The notes beneath the pieces are model-generated. The model did no database searches, was not told where the DNA came from, and saw only the letters and a list, made by a program, of their open reading frames with translations. A stretch of 31,310 nucleotides of DNA from a virus (Duplodnaviria; Caudoviricetes): IMG/VR virus record IMGVR_UViG_3300037424_000135, positions 1-31,310 of that record. One strand, given 5' to 3'. Numbering within the stretch: position 1 is the first letter of the stretch; each line of letters starts with the position of its first letter. Positions 1 to 9,853 of this stretch are shown here, piece after piece. The position numbers and the translations under genes were made by a program.

Positions 1-1
1 C

Positions 2-2086
2 GAATACTATACAGGCCGTGCCTGCCGTGATGTCGTTATCTCTTATCCGTAATCCCCCCGCATACGCAGAATCCCAAAGAGTGCCACTGCCGAGAACACC
101 GTTCACGTTAATCTCTATACCAATCGCCGCCGTAGGATAATCGGAGGCAAGAACGCTTGCAGTACCGATGTCTCGGAACAGGGAGACAATCGTATTGCTG
201 TCGATGATGACCGGGTGCGTTAGCCCATAGTTGAACTGCTCAATTCTAATCGCTTCAGCATCCCCGGTATAGCTTGAGTCGGAGTCGTTTATATCACCAT
301 AGATGCGGATGTCATTATTGCGGATCACGAGGTTGGCGATTGTCTCTCGCCCCTTGATCGCTGTTGAGGAATGATATGCTCCCGCCCAGCCCTTGTGGGT
401 GATGATGTCGTTACCGTAAATCCAGTATGCGCCTTCTTCGGTTGTGTCTACACCCCGGCCCGTCATAAAGATACCGTCGCCGCCCCAATGGGTATCGCCC
501 ACGCGGAAGGTGTTGTTGGTTATCTTCGCGTTAGTGCCGACAAGCGTACCGTCGCCGTTGCGGATAGCTACTCCATAGCATTGCTCGGCGTTGGTGTATG
601 TGCCGTCACCCGTCCGCGTGTTGTAGGCATCGAGATAGATGTAGCTGGAATCCAGCCAGAACTTGCCATTAACACCCTCGAAGTAGTAGTTAACCCAGGG
701 GGCCGCAATGGTGGAGCACTTATCTATCTTGGCGTGGTAGGCGAAGGGGATACCGTTTAGGGTTGTCTTGTCATCACAGTTGGAAAAGACGACCATCGCG
801 TACAAGGCAAACTGCTGGCGGTCGTCAAGGGCCTCGGTACGGTTGTCGAACGTGATATTGCGGAGATAGAAGTTGTTGCCGCCTGAACTCCACCACGATT
901 GGGAGTTGCGCCCCTGAGTCCTGATGTAACAATCTTCTATGGTGATGTCGTGACTGAGCGTACCGACCCGAATAGCGTTCGCGCTTACATCGTAAGAGTC
1001 CAACAGACGCGCCGCAACCCGAATGTCCTGCACGAAGTTTAAGTCACGAACGGTGATATTATAGTTTCGGTTGGCGGGGTTGAGCGCAAAAGTGCTGGCC
1101 GTCCCCGCCGTGTCCCAATAGATTGAATCATTAGCGGGGTCCGACCCGTAGATCGTGATGTCGTGAACGTAAGCCGCGAGAGCTATACCGTTACCCGCAG
1201 AGTACAGGTCGTCCCTCACCACATAGCACGTATCGCTTACACTACAGGTGTACGGCAGGCCGGTAATCTCTATCGGGCTGCCGCAGACGGGATCGGTCGT
1301 GTAGAACACCACAAGTTTCGGGTGCGTCGTGTCGTCGGCATGATAAGGCGAATACCACGCCCGTTGTTTGGCCGCATTGGTAGAGTCTGCCGCCGTTTCG
1401 GGAGTGAACAACAGGACGCCGTAGTTATCGCCCAGGTCGGTCCAGTCCTCAACGACACTGGCCGCGAGTCTCAGAGTATCCCAAACGTAAGGCGTTGTGC
1501 CCACGCTGATCGTGTCCATATTGGTAGCAGAGCGGGATGTCGGCGTACCACAACCAACGTTGGTCCATTGCGTTTCAACCCAAATTCCAGGGTCTTCTTC
1601 GGTCGCTATGGTGTCGCAAAAGTACCACGTCGGCGTACCGTGCCGCCAAAATTCACCACCAAAGCCGTTCTCACCCCACGTCGTATCGGAGCCGACGATG
1701 AAATATCCGACCCATCGCCAAGATTCCATGACACGAGCCGCGTAGACTGTGACATTACCCGTCCAGTCTGAAGCGTCCGGGCCAGTAGGGGCAAACCGCT
1801 TGAGGATCAGATAGGCCGAGTCAACCGTCGTGTTGCTGTCGGCATCGAACTGCGGGGCGCTGCCTAAGCTGTCGAACTGAATCAAGGCACGGATGGCCGC
1901 GAACTGCGATATGGATTGATCTTTAACGTACAGGTATTCACCCGCAGCGAAGGAGAAGTCGTCTATGTTTTCGATGATCGGTGAGGCGTTCGTGTGCCCG
2001 TACTGTGTGACGCCATGTTGGAGCGTCAGGGTGGACCCCGATACCGACCCGACAAGCAGAAGGAGAAACGCCGCTATTCTACCCAC
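2..2086 (-). CDS. Signal-peptide-bearing DNRLRE-domain plus right-handed beta-helix protein (tail spike/depolymerase-like); 3' end runs off the window
   Basis: Missing from the ORF track because it has no stop in the window. My translation from GTG 2086 is open for 695 codons: MGRIAAFLLLLVGSVSGS..., DNRLRE motifs (RALIQFD, VDSAYL, VEDW..NYGVLL, HPKLVVFY), then beta-helix rungs (ITVRDLNF, ITIEDCYI, KITNNTF, IYGNDI, VIRNNDI, IIDSNTI, RIRDNDI). Confidence 0.85.
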   Translation of the reverse strand, partial: MGRIAAFLLLLVGSVSGSTLTLQHGVTQYGHTNASPIIENIDDFSFAAGEYLYVKDQSISQFAAIRALIQFDSLGSAPQFDADSNTTVDSAYLILKRFAPTGPDASDWTGNVTVYAARVMESWRWVGYFIVGSDTTWGENGFGGEFWRHGTPTWYFCDTIATEEDPGIWVETQWTNVGCGTPTSRSATNMDTISVGTTPYVWDTLRLAASVVEDWTDLGDNYGVLLFTPETAADSTNAAKQRAWYSPYHADDTTHPKLVVFYTTDPVCGSPIEITGLPYTCSVSDTCYVVRDDLYSAGNGIALAAYVHDITIYGSDPANDSIYWDTAGTASTFALNPANRNYNITVRDLNFVQDIRVAARLLDSYDVSANAIRVGTLSHDITIEDCYIRTQGRNSQSWWSSGGNNFYLRNITFDNRTEALDDRQQFALYAMVVFSNCDDKTTLNGIPFAYHAKIDKCSTIAAPWVNYYFEGVNGKFWLDSSYIYLDAYNTRTGDGTYTNAEQCYGVAIRNGDGTLVGTNAKITNNTFRVGDTHWGGDGIFMTGRGVDTTEEGAYWIYGNDIITHKGWAGAYHSSTAIKGRETIANLVIRNNDIRIYGDINDSDSSYTGDAEAIRIEQFNYGLTHPVIIDSNTIVSLFRDIGTASVLASDYPTAAIGIEINVNGVLGSGTLWDSAYAGGLRIRDNDITAGTACIVF

Positions 2087-3030
2087 GTCACCGTCCTTCT
2101 CCATACGGGGTTAGTCTCAAAGTAGCATCGCACGAGGGCGCACTGTTGGGCCGTCACAGAGTCAGGGCCAGCGGTTGTGGCCCCGATATAAGACAGTAAG
2201 TTTGTCCCGTATAGTGTGGTCGAATCACGATTCCAGGGGTACAGATTCGGGGTAGAGCAACTATCCACGTCCCAATTCGCCGCATAAGGCGCAGAGACGT
2301 TAAACTCCGGGTCCGGCGGAGTGTCCTCACAGACATCGTTCGTTGACCACGCAAGGGCGGTTGCGGAATCGGCGTCTATACCCGCCTGATCCAGCCAGTA
2401 GTTATAGGGGTACTCGTGCGCCGCACTCGCGCATGAGGGTACTTCGGTTACGTTTAGGTGAGTATGCCGCAACCCCCACTCATGACCCAATTCGTGCCGA
2501 ATCACTCGCCAGTCATTTGTCGGAGCCGCCGTCAGGGTGATGAACCCCGCGTCCCACACCGTATCCGCACCCGCTCCGTAGACCGCATGGTACTGGCCGG
2601 CAGTTGAACCAAGCCCCGCCACGAGGTTTACACTTGAATAGGGGACGGCGGGGACAAGGGCCTTGTATCCCGTTTCTGTCTGGCTGATTTCGTACTGGAC
2701 ATAAGCGTTAATCGCCGTGTTCGCAATAACGTTCGGCGTCACCTTGAATCGCAATTCTGTAAGCGCGTATGATTCGTTTAACCCCGTTTGCAGGGCCGTC
2801 ACGAGGGAATCGAGATTGCTCGCGGAATAGGTCGCCCCGCCCATGAAATGCGTCGAGTCCCCGTTGCCCGCGATGTTGAGCGTGATATTCACGGTATCTA
2901 CCCCACCACCAACCGAATCGGCGTGGTACTGCATCCGAACGGGCCTACAGTCACAGGAATCCCGTTGTGCCCCGTCATAGGCCGTCGCCGGAGCCGTCAA
3001 GATGAGCAATGCCAGTATCGTTCTCATCAT
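2074..3030 (-). CDS. Secreted metzincin zinc protease, M43 (pappalysin/ulilysin-like)
   Basis: Signal peptide MMRTILALLILTAPATA; zinc motif HELGHEWGLRH(TH); downstream D-x-C-x-DTPP, NLLSY (Met-turn position) and T-x-x-Q motifs in M43 order. Confidence 0.8.
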   Translation of the reverse strand: MMRTILALLILTAPATAYDGAQRDSCDCRPVRMQYHADSVGGGVDTVNITLNIAGNGDSTHFMGGATYSASNLDSLVTALQTGLNESYALTELRFKVTPNVIANTAINAYVQYEISQTETGYKALVPAVPYSSVNLVAGLGSTAGQYHAVYGAGADTVWDAGFITLTAAPTNDWRVIRHELGHEWGLRHTHLNVTEVPSCASAAHEYPYNYWLDQAGIDADSATALAWSTNDVCEDTPPDPEFNVSAPYAANWDVDSCSTPNLYPWNRDSTTLYGTNLLSYIGATTAGPDSVTAQQCALVRCYFETNPVWRRTVTWVE

Positions 3031-3797
3031 TCCCCCATCAGCAAGGCGCGACGTCGCGACCCGGTAGCCGCTTCCGGTGGTGTGTAGTAAATAGTGAGGA
3101 TGGGACGGACTCCCGTGTTCGTCGTGTATTCGGTAGATGCGAACGTCGTAAGGACATTATCGTTTATCCAGATCATCCAACCGAAGTTATTCCCCAGCCC
3201 ATTAATCAGAGAGTCAACGTGTGCAATTGCCGCCGCAGAAGTAAGCCGGAACTCGATATCGACCCCGTTTTCCGCTGGTACTACTGATGTGGCAAGCGGC
3301 GTCGCGTAGGCGTCACTTAAGTCTACGTCATCAAGCGATGTGGCGCAATTCGCTCCCCACGCCGAGTCAGTCTCCTCGTCAGGTTCATTGCCCTCCCACC
3401 GATCCGCGCCGTTGCCCATGTGGACTTGCCCCGCCGTACCCGTCCCCGTTCCCTCATACCATGCGACCTTCAGGCGGCGCAACCGAGCGTCCGTCGCCCC
3501 ATTCTGTGTTATGCAGTGAATACGAAAGATCGCTGAATCAAAGACGTTGCCCGCGTTCAGCGTCAGCAGCGTGTCCCAATTCGTGAACTTCCACACGGCT
3601 GTTCTGTTTGATCCCGCCAGACTGTCGAGGATAAACGTCGTGGCCCCGCCGTAGTTATAGTCGAAGTATGGGGAGTTCCCCCGCATCCCCATATCTTCCA
3701 TGTAATGCGAAGCGCCAGTTTCCTGAATAGCCAGAGTCTCGGCAGACGCCGACGCACAGAGGCACATGAGTAGTATTGTCAGCCGTTTTAGAACCAT
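3027..3797 (-). CDS. Signal-peptide-bearing DNRLRE-domain protein (candidate tail accessory/carbohydrate binding)
   Basis: Start reassigned to ATG 3797 (MVLKRLTILLMCLCASASA). Motifs RTAVWKF, FDSAIFRI, WYEGTG, NNFGWMI, FASTE..RPILTIYY; C-terminal RRRALL tail. Confidence 0.75.
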   Translation of the reverse strand: MVLKRLTILLMCLCASASAETLAIQETGASHYMEDMGMRGNSPYFDYNYGGATTFILDSLAGSNRTAVWKFTNWDTLLTLNAGNVFDSAIFRIHCITQNGATDARLRRLKVAWYEGTGTGTAGQVHMGNGADRWEGNEPDEETDSAWGANCATSLDDVDLSDAYATPLATSVVPAENGVDIEFRLTSAAAIAHVDSLINGLGNNFGWMIWINDNVLTTFASTEYTTNTGVRPILTIYYTPPEAATGSRRRALLMGE

Positions 3798-3877
3798 GCC
3801 CGTAGCTCCCATGACCAGACGAGGAGGAGGATTATGACAAGGGCCACGCAGATGCGGCCCCAAGTTTGGGTTGTCAT
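3788..3877 (-). CDS. 29-aa single-pass membrane peptide
   Basis: MTTQTWGRICVALVIILLLVWSWELRAWF; TGATG coupling to the upstream gene and overlap with the next start; fills the gap exactly. Confidence 0.55.
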   Translation of the reverse strand: MTTQTWGRICVALVIILLLVWSWELRAWF

Positions 3878-4149
3878 CAAAACGCTCCTAACATTTTGAA
3901 CGTGGCGACAATACCGACAATGGCCGCGATAGCCTTGAGGGTCGGGACGCTGATCCTTTCGAGAAAACTCCGGTTGGATTGCCATGTCTCTACGTCCCCT
4001 ACGCGAGTTTCGACCTTCCCTACGCGCCCATTTTGCGTGTCAAGACGCGTGTTGATGCCGGCGAACCCAGTAGCCATCGTATTCTTGATCCCCTCGACGG
4101 CCTCCGCCATCCTGCCGAAATCGTATGCACTTACCTCGTTGTCTGCCAT
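3877..4149 (-). CDS. Holin-like/XhlA-like small membrane protein
   Basis: Coiled coil (RLDTQNGRVGKVE) followed by one C-terminal hydrophobic helix (AIAAIVGIVATFKMLGAF); located right after the ejection genes. Confidence 0.5.
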   Translation of the reverse strand: MADNEVSAYDFGRMAEAVEGIKNTMATGFAGINTRLDTQNGRVGKVETRVGDVETWQSNRSFLERISVPTLKAIAAIVGIVATFKMLGAF

Positions 4150-4157
4150 GCGTCCCC

Positions 4158-7100
4158 CTATTTCGGTATCTCATCTATCTTCTGCTGTATCTTCGTGAGA
4201 CGCTCTTGCGCCTTCACTTTCGTAGTCGCCGCCGTCTTCGGACTGGTGATCTGCTCGACCAGTGAGATCATCTGGCCCTGCAAGAAGGCCCGGTACTGAT
4301 CGTCGTCACGCAACTTGATGTTGAACGGCGTCCAGAACTGCACGTCCACTTCGAGGTCTTTGTACTTCAAGGGCTGTTTCGTGGAGCGGTCCACCTTGGC
4401 CGGCAACATCTGGCTGAACGCCGGGTTCTCTGAGGCGTAGCCGTAGAAGAAGTTCTGCGCGAACCCAGACTTGACATCGTAGGTGCGCCGCTTCACGGGG
4501 TCGGTCTTGCGCTTGAGATACTGCAAGATCGGGGCATACGGCTGGAACTGCGCGACAAACTTACCCAACCGGGCCGATGTCGGCATATCCCGCTCATATT
4601 GATCGCGCACGTCACGGATGATGTCAGCCGCCTGTACCGCCGGACCAAACCCGTACATGGCATCGGCGTACTTGGCGACGTAATCAAAGTCGCCCTCCAG
4701 TAACCGCCGCCCAAGCGCCGCCTCGCGCACTATCGGCAACTGCGTCACATCGACCCAAATGCGTTGGCCGTCAATCTCCCCTACCGGAGTCCGCCCGTAG
4801 ACATCATTCTTGAGATCGTCGTTTTTATTCTGCATGTCGGACGTGAGGATGTAGCCCACCGTCCCAAGGGTGACTGCCCGTGCCAAATGAGCCGCCCGAG
4901 CAGCGCGTTCAGCGGAGGTCAAGCCGGAGTGGAGCACGTTGGCCTTGCTCGGATTGAGCAGGTCCATCGTCAACCGCGTCCCCTTATACATATAGGACGG
5001 GAACGACACGAGGGCGCGTCCCGCCTTAGACCGCTTCATACCGAGAATGAACTTCGGTAGATTGTTGTAGTCGAAGTTGACTCGATCCATCTCCACGTAG
5101 GCGTCGCGCAACACTTCACGCGGCGGGTCCTTGATGATCGACGCCTCAATCGCGGCATCACCGCCCGCAATCTCTTTCGCTTTCGCCCGGATCACCGCGT
5201 CAAACGTGCGCCGCTTCTGGAATAGTTCCACCGCCTTGAAGCCAGCCAGTAATTCGTTATAGCCGGGCATCGCGCCCTTTTGCTCAAACTGCGCGAAGAA
5301 GTTATCGCCAAGGCGCTCGGACTGGATCGACTTACGGGCTGCGGGTAACAGACTCTTATAGTAGGACTCGACATCGGCCTTCACCTTGGTCATATCTTTC
5401 GTGAAGACGCCCTCATAGAAGTCCTGCAAGAGCTTGGTGCTGAACTGTATCTCACCGGACACGAAGTTGAGCGCCGTCGTCTTGGGCCTCAGCAGCATCG
5501 TGGCGAGGAGATTATTCACGCCCCACGCTGCCACATTGTCGCCCATCTCAAGTAAGGCCAAAGTGGTCGGGGTCACGACCGTCTGCCCCTGTCGCGCCTT
5601 GAGTATCCCGCCGAGATCCTCGGCGATGATCTGCGGCACGATCACCCGTTTGCCGGACATGGCAAACCCGGCGCTCTTAACCTCAGCCAAGTCAATCTCT
5701 ACGCCGCGCTCCTTGAGAAGCGGCTCCGCCATCTCAAGTATTTTGCCAAAGTTCTTGGCACCCTCGGTCCATTCGACTACCGCCCAACCGTCAGGGATCG
5801 TTTCGCCACGTTTTAGTGTCCGCGCCGCGATGCCGATGAGCTTGGCCGCCGCCTCGTTATGGATCACTTCCGTACCGAGATCGACCGCGACCTTCTCCTC
5901 GGACATGACAAGGGACTGTATCTCCTCACCTGATTCGGCCAAGATACCCGTCCGGTACTTGCGCTCAGGCGCGACACGCTTCTTCAACCGATTCCAGAGA
6001 CCGCCAAAGCGAGTCTTGCCGGCCCCAGGAGCCGCGAAGCTGTGGACGTACCCCTCAACCCTCTGTGATATGCCCGCCTCAGTCGCCAAGTCCTGCATTC
6101 GCTTGACGTACTCCTTGACGTAGGACTGAGCATCAGCGGATAGGCCCTCAAACGAGGCGCGGGCCTCTTTGGGTGTGATCTTCCGGTAGTATTGCGTCTT
6201 GCCCTTGTAGGCACCCTCAGTCAGTTCTTCGCCCGCGATCAGGCCGTCGGGTATCTCCGCTCCCTCTTTGTAGACGCCCGCCCGCTGCATCGTGCCGAAC
6301 TCGATAGTCCCATCATTGGCGATGGACTTGATGCCCTTGACCGCCTGAAACATCTTCGCGTCGATGTCGGAGCCGATAGTTTTGAGTAGCTCAATGTCGC
6401 GTTTCTTGACAGCATCTCTAATCTGCTTTGCCGCGCCACCCTTGACGAACTGGTAGTCCTTGTCGGACCACTCCGGCTTACGCGGTATGCGCTCCGTCTC
6501 TTTCAGGAGCAAGTCGCCAAACTGTTGCACCGCGTTCTCGTGCGCGACACGGCGGAGTATCGCCACTTCCTCGCCCGCTTCTCTGAGGGTGTGGTAAGCG
6601 TCTGCACCCTTTTCGGCCCCCATGCCGACTTCCTCGAAGCCTGCCTCCAACCGCTCAGAGATCGTGCCGAGCTTCATGGTGAGCCACCGCTTCACGCCGG
6701 CAGCCACACCTTCAGGCGTACCGGGATCGACGCCATACTTTTCCATCGCGGCTTTCGCGGCCTTGATCGGGTCAGGTCCCTTGCCAACTACGCCGATACC
6801 GCCGGAGCGTTCCTCTGGCTGAAGATTCAGCACAGTCTCAGCCGCACCCGGATCGGTGAGACGGTCAAACTCCGCCTGTTGCTCGGCCAACCGTTCGTTC
6901 AGTGTCACAATGTCGGCTTCAGCCTGTGCCCGCTGTTCGCCCGTGATTGTCTTTAGGTCTCGCGCCTGTTCTGCGACTTGTATAGCCTTTTTGGTGTGCG
7001 CGAGATTGCGGCCCGCGTCCGCCATGTCGTTCCCGGTCTTTATGACTTCAGGAACCGACGGCTGTGCAGGGACTTCTTGGGCCGTATGTCGAACCGAGCG

Positions 7101-8873
7101 CACGGTGCCCGCAGGTGTTTCAACGGGGGGCGGCGGGGAAACGTCCCGATTTCTCTGGATTTCGGGGACCGCCCCAACCGTTTCCTTGACTATCGGCCTC
7201 GCCATTGTCGCCTCAGCCTCAGCCAGGGCCTTCTCCTGATCGGCCAACTGCGTCCTCCAGTTGGTGATTATGTCACCGAGGGCCTTCTTGTCAGCCCCGC
7301 GCCGCACCACCTTCTGCTGTCCCTCTAACTTGCCGATCTGCTCGGTGTAGTTCTGGATGTCCGACTTGGCTGTCTCAGCCGTCTCTTTGGCGGCATCGAA
7401 AGCCTCTTGCGTGATCGGCTCGGTCGAGGGCTTGGCCGGCTCCACCTGCTCAGGCGCAGGGGTCACGTCGGTCGGCTTCTTCTCCGGCTCCAACTTGACC
7501 TTGCCCGTCTGCTCGGACACGATGTCCGATTGAATGTCCGGTTTCACCGATCCCACCACCACTTCGTTTGGAATCCGGCCGCCGCTAACGATCTCCCGCA
7601 ACTGGCCCGTATCCATTCGTACTAGTTCGTCGGGGGTAATCCTTGCCGCCAAATCAGGATTCATTTCCTGTAACTTGTTGGCTTCAATAACTAACTGGCC
7701 CCGCGACATTTGTTGTATATCCTCAATCTGGCCGTAACTTTCGGTAGTCGGCTCAAATGTAGACTTCTGGGGTCGCGTTGCCTTGCCTGCCCGCTCGATC
7801 CCGTCCGCCACATCCTGCACGATCTTGACTTCTTCCGGTGTGGCTATACCGCTCTTTTCAGCCCCTTTCGCCGCGTCCCGCAGACCCGTGGCCCGCTCGG
7901 TCATGCGGTCCATCGTCTTCACGCCGCCCTTAACAAAACCCGCCGCCATCATCACACCAAAGGGCAGGGCCGAGGGGGTCTCGTAGAGCGCGTTCATCGC
8001 TTTTTTGCGAAGTTCTTTACGGTCGATACCGCCCGTAGTCGCCAGTGTCGCCGGGGCCTGTGCCGTCTCAATCAGCTTGGTAATGACGTTGTTCGGTGAC
8101 CCGAAGAACTGCTCCGCCATGCCAGCCACCTGATCCGGCACGTTGGCGATCATGTCCGCCATGCCAGTTGCAACTTCCTTGATGGCTTGGTCCTTGCTCT
8201 GGCCGTACTTCTCGGAGTTGACCACGCGGTCGAGCGTCTGAGTGAGAAAGTCCATCGTGCCCGACAGAGCGTCGTTGACCATGTATTCCGCCGACCAAAT
8301 ACCCTGTTCGACCGCGCCGCCCGCCTTGAACGCCTGAGACGCCGAGTATTCTTCCGGCGTCATCGGTTCGGTCTTCAAGTCACGGCCCGGCGAGACCGGA
8401 TGTGGCGTCTCAGCTTTACGCTTGCGGAAATAGTCGGCAATAGGCTTGGTGGACTCAGCCACCACATCGGAGCCAGCCTTGAGTACGCCCGCCGCCCCCT
8501 TTGTGGCCTGATCGGATTCCTGTTGCGCCTCTTGCGCCGCCCTCTGTTGATCCTGCTCTCGCGCCGCCTCGTCGATCTGTGGGAACAACTGCCGCGCCTG
8601 AGTGAACTGCTTCTGCTCGTCCGGGGTCAGAGACTCAGGCGACATTAGACCGCGCATAAGCATATCCTGTCCCGCCTCAGACGACAGGAACAGGTTCTCC
8701 GGGCCAACTTCGGGCACCTGCATCATAGGGACGCCCTGAGCCGCCATACCCTGCCCTACTCGCGTACCCATTTCAGCCGTGCGCTGTTCGGTGAGCCACT
8801 TGGTATAAGCGGCCTTTTCGCCCGTCCGCTTTTCAGCGAGCCACTGAGTATATGCTTCTTTGTCTGACGCCAT
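4158..8873 (-). CDS. Large internal virion/DNA ejection protein (~1571 aa)
   Basis: Start set to ATG 8873 (TAATG overlap). Ala/Glu/Lys-rich helical protein with a hydrophobic C-terminal third; last and largest of three genes after the nozzle, the usual ejectosome position. Confidence 0.7.
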   Translation of the reverse strand: MASDKEAYTQWLAEKRTGEKAAYTKWLTEQRTAEMGTRVGQGMAAQGVPMMQVPEVGPENLFLSSEAGQDMLMRGLMSPESLTPDEQKQFTQARQLFPQIDEAAREQDQQRAAQEAQQESDQATKGAAGVLKAGSDVVAESTKPIADYFRKRKAETPHPVSPGRDLKTEPMTPEEYSASQAFKAGGAVEQGIWSAEYMVNDALSGTMDFLTQTLDRVVNSEKYGQSKDQAIKEVATGMADMIANVPDQVAGMAEQFFGSPNNVITKLIETAQAPATLATTGGIDRKELRKKAMNALYETPSALPFGVMMAAGFVKGGVKTMDRMTERATGLRDAAKGAEKSGIATPEEVKIVQDVADGIERAGKATRPQKSTFEPTTESYGQIEDIQQMSRGQLVIEANKLQEMNPDLAARITPDELVRMDTGQLREIVSGGRIPNEVVVGSVKPDIQSDIVSEQTGKVKLEPEKKPTDVTPAPEQVEPAKPSTEPITQEAFDAAKETAETAKSDIQNYTEQIGKLEGQQKVVRRGADKKALGDIITNWRTQLADQEKALAEAEATMARPIVKETVGAVPEIQRNRDVSPPPPVETPAGTVRSVRHTAQEVPAQPSVPEVIKTGNDMADAGRNLAHTKKAIQVAEQARDLKTITGEQRAQAEADIVTLNERLAEQQAEFDRLTDPGAAETVLNLQPEERSGGIGVVGKGPDPIKAAKAAMEKYGVDPGTPEGVAAGVKRWLTMKLGTISERLEAGFEEVGMGAEKGADAYHTLREAGEEVAILRRVAHENAVQQFGDLLLKETERIPRKPEWSDKDYQFVKGGAAKQIRDAVKKRDIELLKTIGSDIDAKMFQAVKGIKSIANDGTIEFGTMQRAGVYKEGAEIPDGLIAGEELTEGAYKGKTQYYRKITPKEARASFEGLSADAQSYVKEYVKRMQDLATEAGISQRVEGYVHSFAAPGAGKTRFGGLWNRLKKRVAPERKYRTGILAESGEEIQSLVMSEEKVAVDLGTEVIHNEAAAKLIGIAARTLKRGETIPDGWAVVEWTEGAKNFGKILEMAEPLLKERGVEIDLAEVKSAGFAMSGKRVIVPQIIAEDLGGILKARQGQTVVTPTTLALLEMGDNVAAWGVNNLLATMLLRPKTTALNFVSGEIQFSTKLLQDFYEGVFTKDMTKVKADVESYYKSLLPAARKSIQSERLGDNFFAQFEQKGAMPGYNELLAGFKAVELFQKRRTFDAVIRAKAKEIAGGDAAIEASIIKDPPREVLRDAYVEMDRVNFDYNNLPKFILGMKRSKAGRALVSFPSYMYKGTRLTMDLLNPSKANVLHSGLTSAERAARAAHLARAVTLGTVGYILTSDMQNKNDDLKNDVYGRTPVGEIDGQRIWVDVTQLPIVREAALGRRLLEGDFDYVAKYADAMYGFGPAVQAADIIRDVRDQYERDMPTSARLGKFVAQFQPYAPILQYLKRKTDPVKRRTYDVKSGFAQNFFYGYASENPAFSQMLPAKVDRSTKQPLKYKDLEVDVQFWTPFNIKLRDDDQYRAFLQGQMISLVEQITSPKTAATTKVKAQERLTKIQQKIDEIPK

Positions 8874-9853
8874 TAGAGTCTGCCGGTCTCTTTTAGCCAA
8901 GCCTCGTAATCGTCCTGTGTGCCCGGAAAGTCTTTCGGCTTTCTCGGGGCGGCCAAACCTGTCTTCTCTATCGCGGTCGCCTTGTCACCCTCGACCCGCT
9001 TGGTGACCATTGCTTCTTTGACTTCACCCGTCGCCTTGTCGCGGTACTTGTCGAAGACGGCCTGTGTCTTTTCGTCAATCTGCTCACCCGCCAGCCAGCG
9101 TTGCAGGTCGATGTCGAACGTTGCCACGTTGCCGCCGGCCATGATGTACTTGCCGAGTTCTTCATTCTGAAGCGTAGACCGGGCCGAAGTGATCGCCTTC
9201 ACATCCATGCCGTAGACACCATAGAGTTCATCCATCGATCCGCCGTTGGCGAGATAGTCAGCCCGGCGCTCGGCACCCTCCGCCCCGAACATGGTCTTAG
9301 CATCCACGAGATTGCCGCCCTCATCATGGAGGGCGCTGGCAAGAGCCTCACGCTTGATCGCGGCATCGGTCGGCTTATCGGCGGCACCGCCCGTACCCAT
9401 GAAATCACTTGCACCCTGCTTGCCGAGATACTTGGTCAACTGATAGCTCGATAATAGCTTCGCACCCTCACCCGGCTGGCCCAATGCCGCCGCCAGTTGC
9501 TCCGCCGTCTCAGGGGTCAATTCTACCTTCTCGCCCGCACTCCATCCGATCTTGAGGGCCTCTTGTGGATCGAGTACGCCCGCCTCATACGCCTGTTGGA
9601 CTTCCGGCGGTAACTTGGCAAAGGACAGGTCGGGCCGACCCTGCAACATACTGAACGGCACCGATGCCCCCGCGCCGGCCAGACCAGCCGCCGCAGTTGC
9701 CTTTGAGGACGAAGACGCCTTCGGGTTCAGGAGGAGCTTATACATCTCCGCGACCTGACCCTCACGATCCTTGCGCCGTTGTTCTGACCGCTTCTCCCGC
9801 CCCTTCTCCAAGAGCATCGGGAAGATCAGTTCTTCCAGTCCGAGTTTAGGCAT
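8873..9853 (-). CDS. Putative internal virion/ejection protein
   Basis: Helical Ala/Gly-rich 326 aa, middle gene of the post-nozzle trio. Confidence 0.55.
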   Translation of the reverse strand: MPKLGLEELIFPMLLEKGREKRSEQRRKDREGQVAEMYKLLLNPKASSSSKATAAAGLAGAGASVPFSMLQGRPDLSFAKLPPEVQQAYEAGVLDPQEALKIGWSAGEKVELTPETAEQLAAALGQPGEGAKLLSSYQLTKYLGKQGASDFMGTGGAADKPTDAAIKREALASALHDEGGNLVDAKTMFGAEGAERRADYLANGGSMDELYGVYGMDVKAITSARSTLQNEELGKYIMAGGNVATFDIDLQRWLAGEQIDEKTQAVFDKYRDKATGEVKEAMVTKRVEGDKATAIEKTGLAAPRKPKDFPGTQDDYEAWLKETGRL

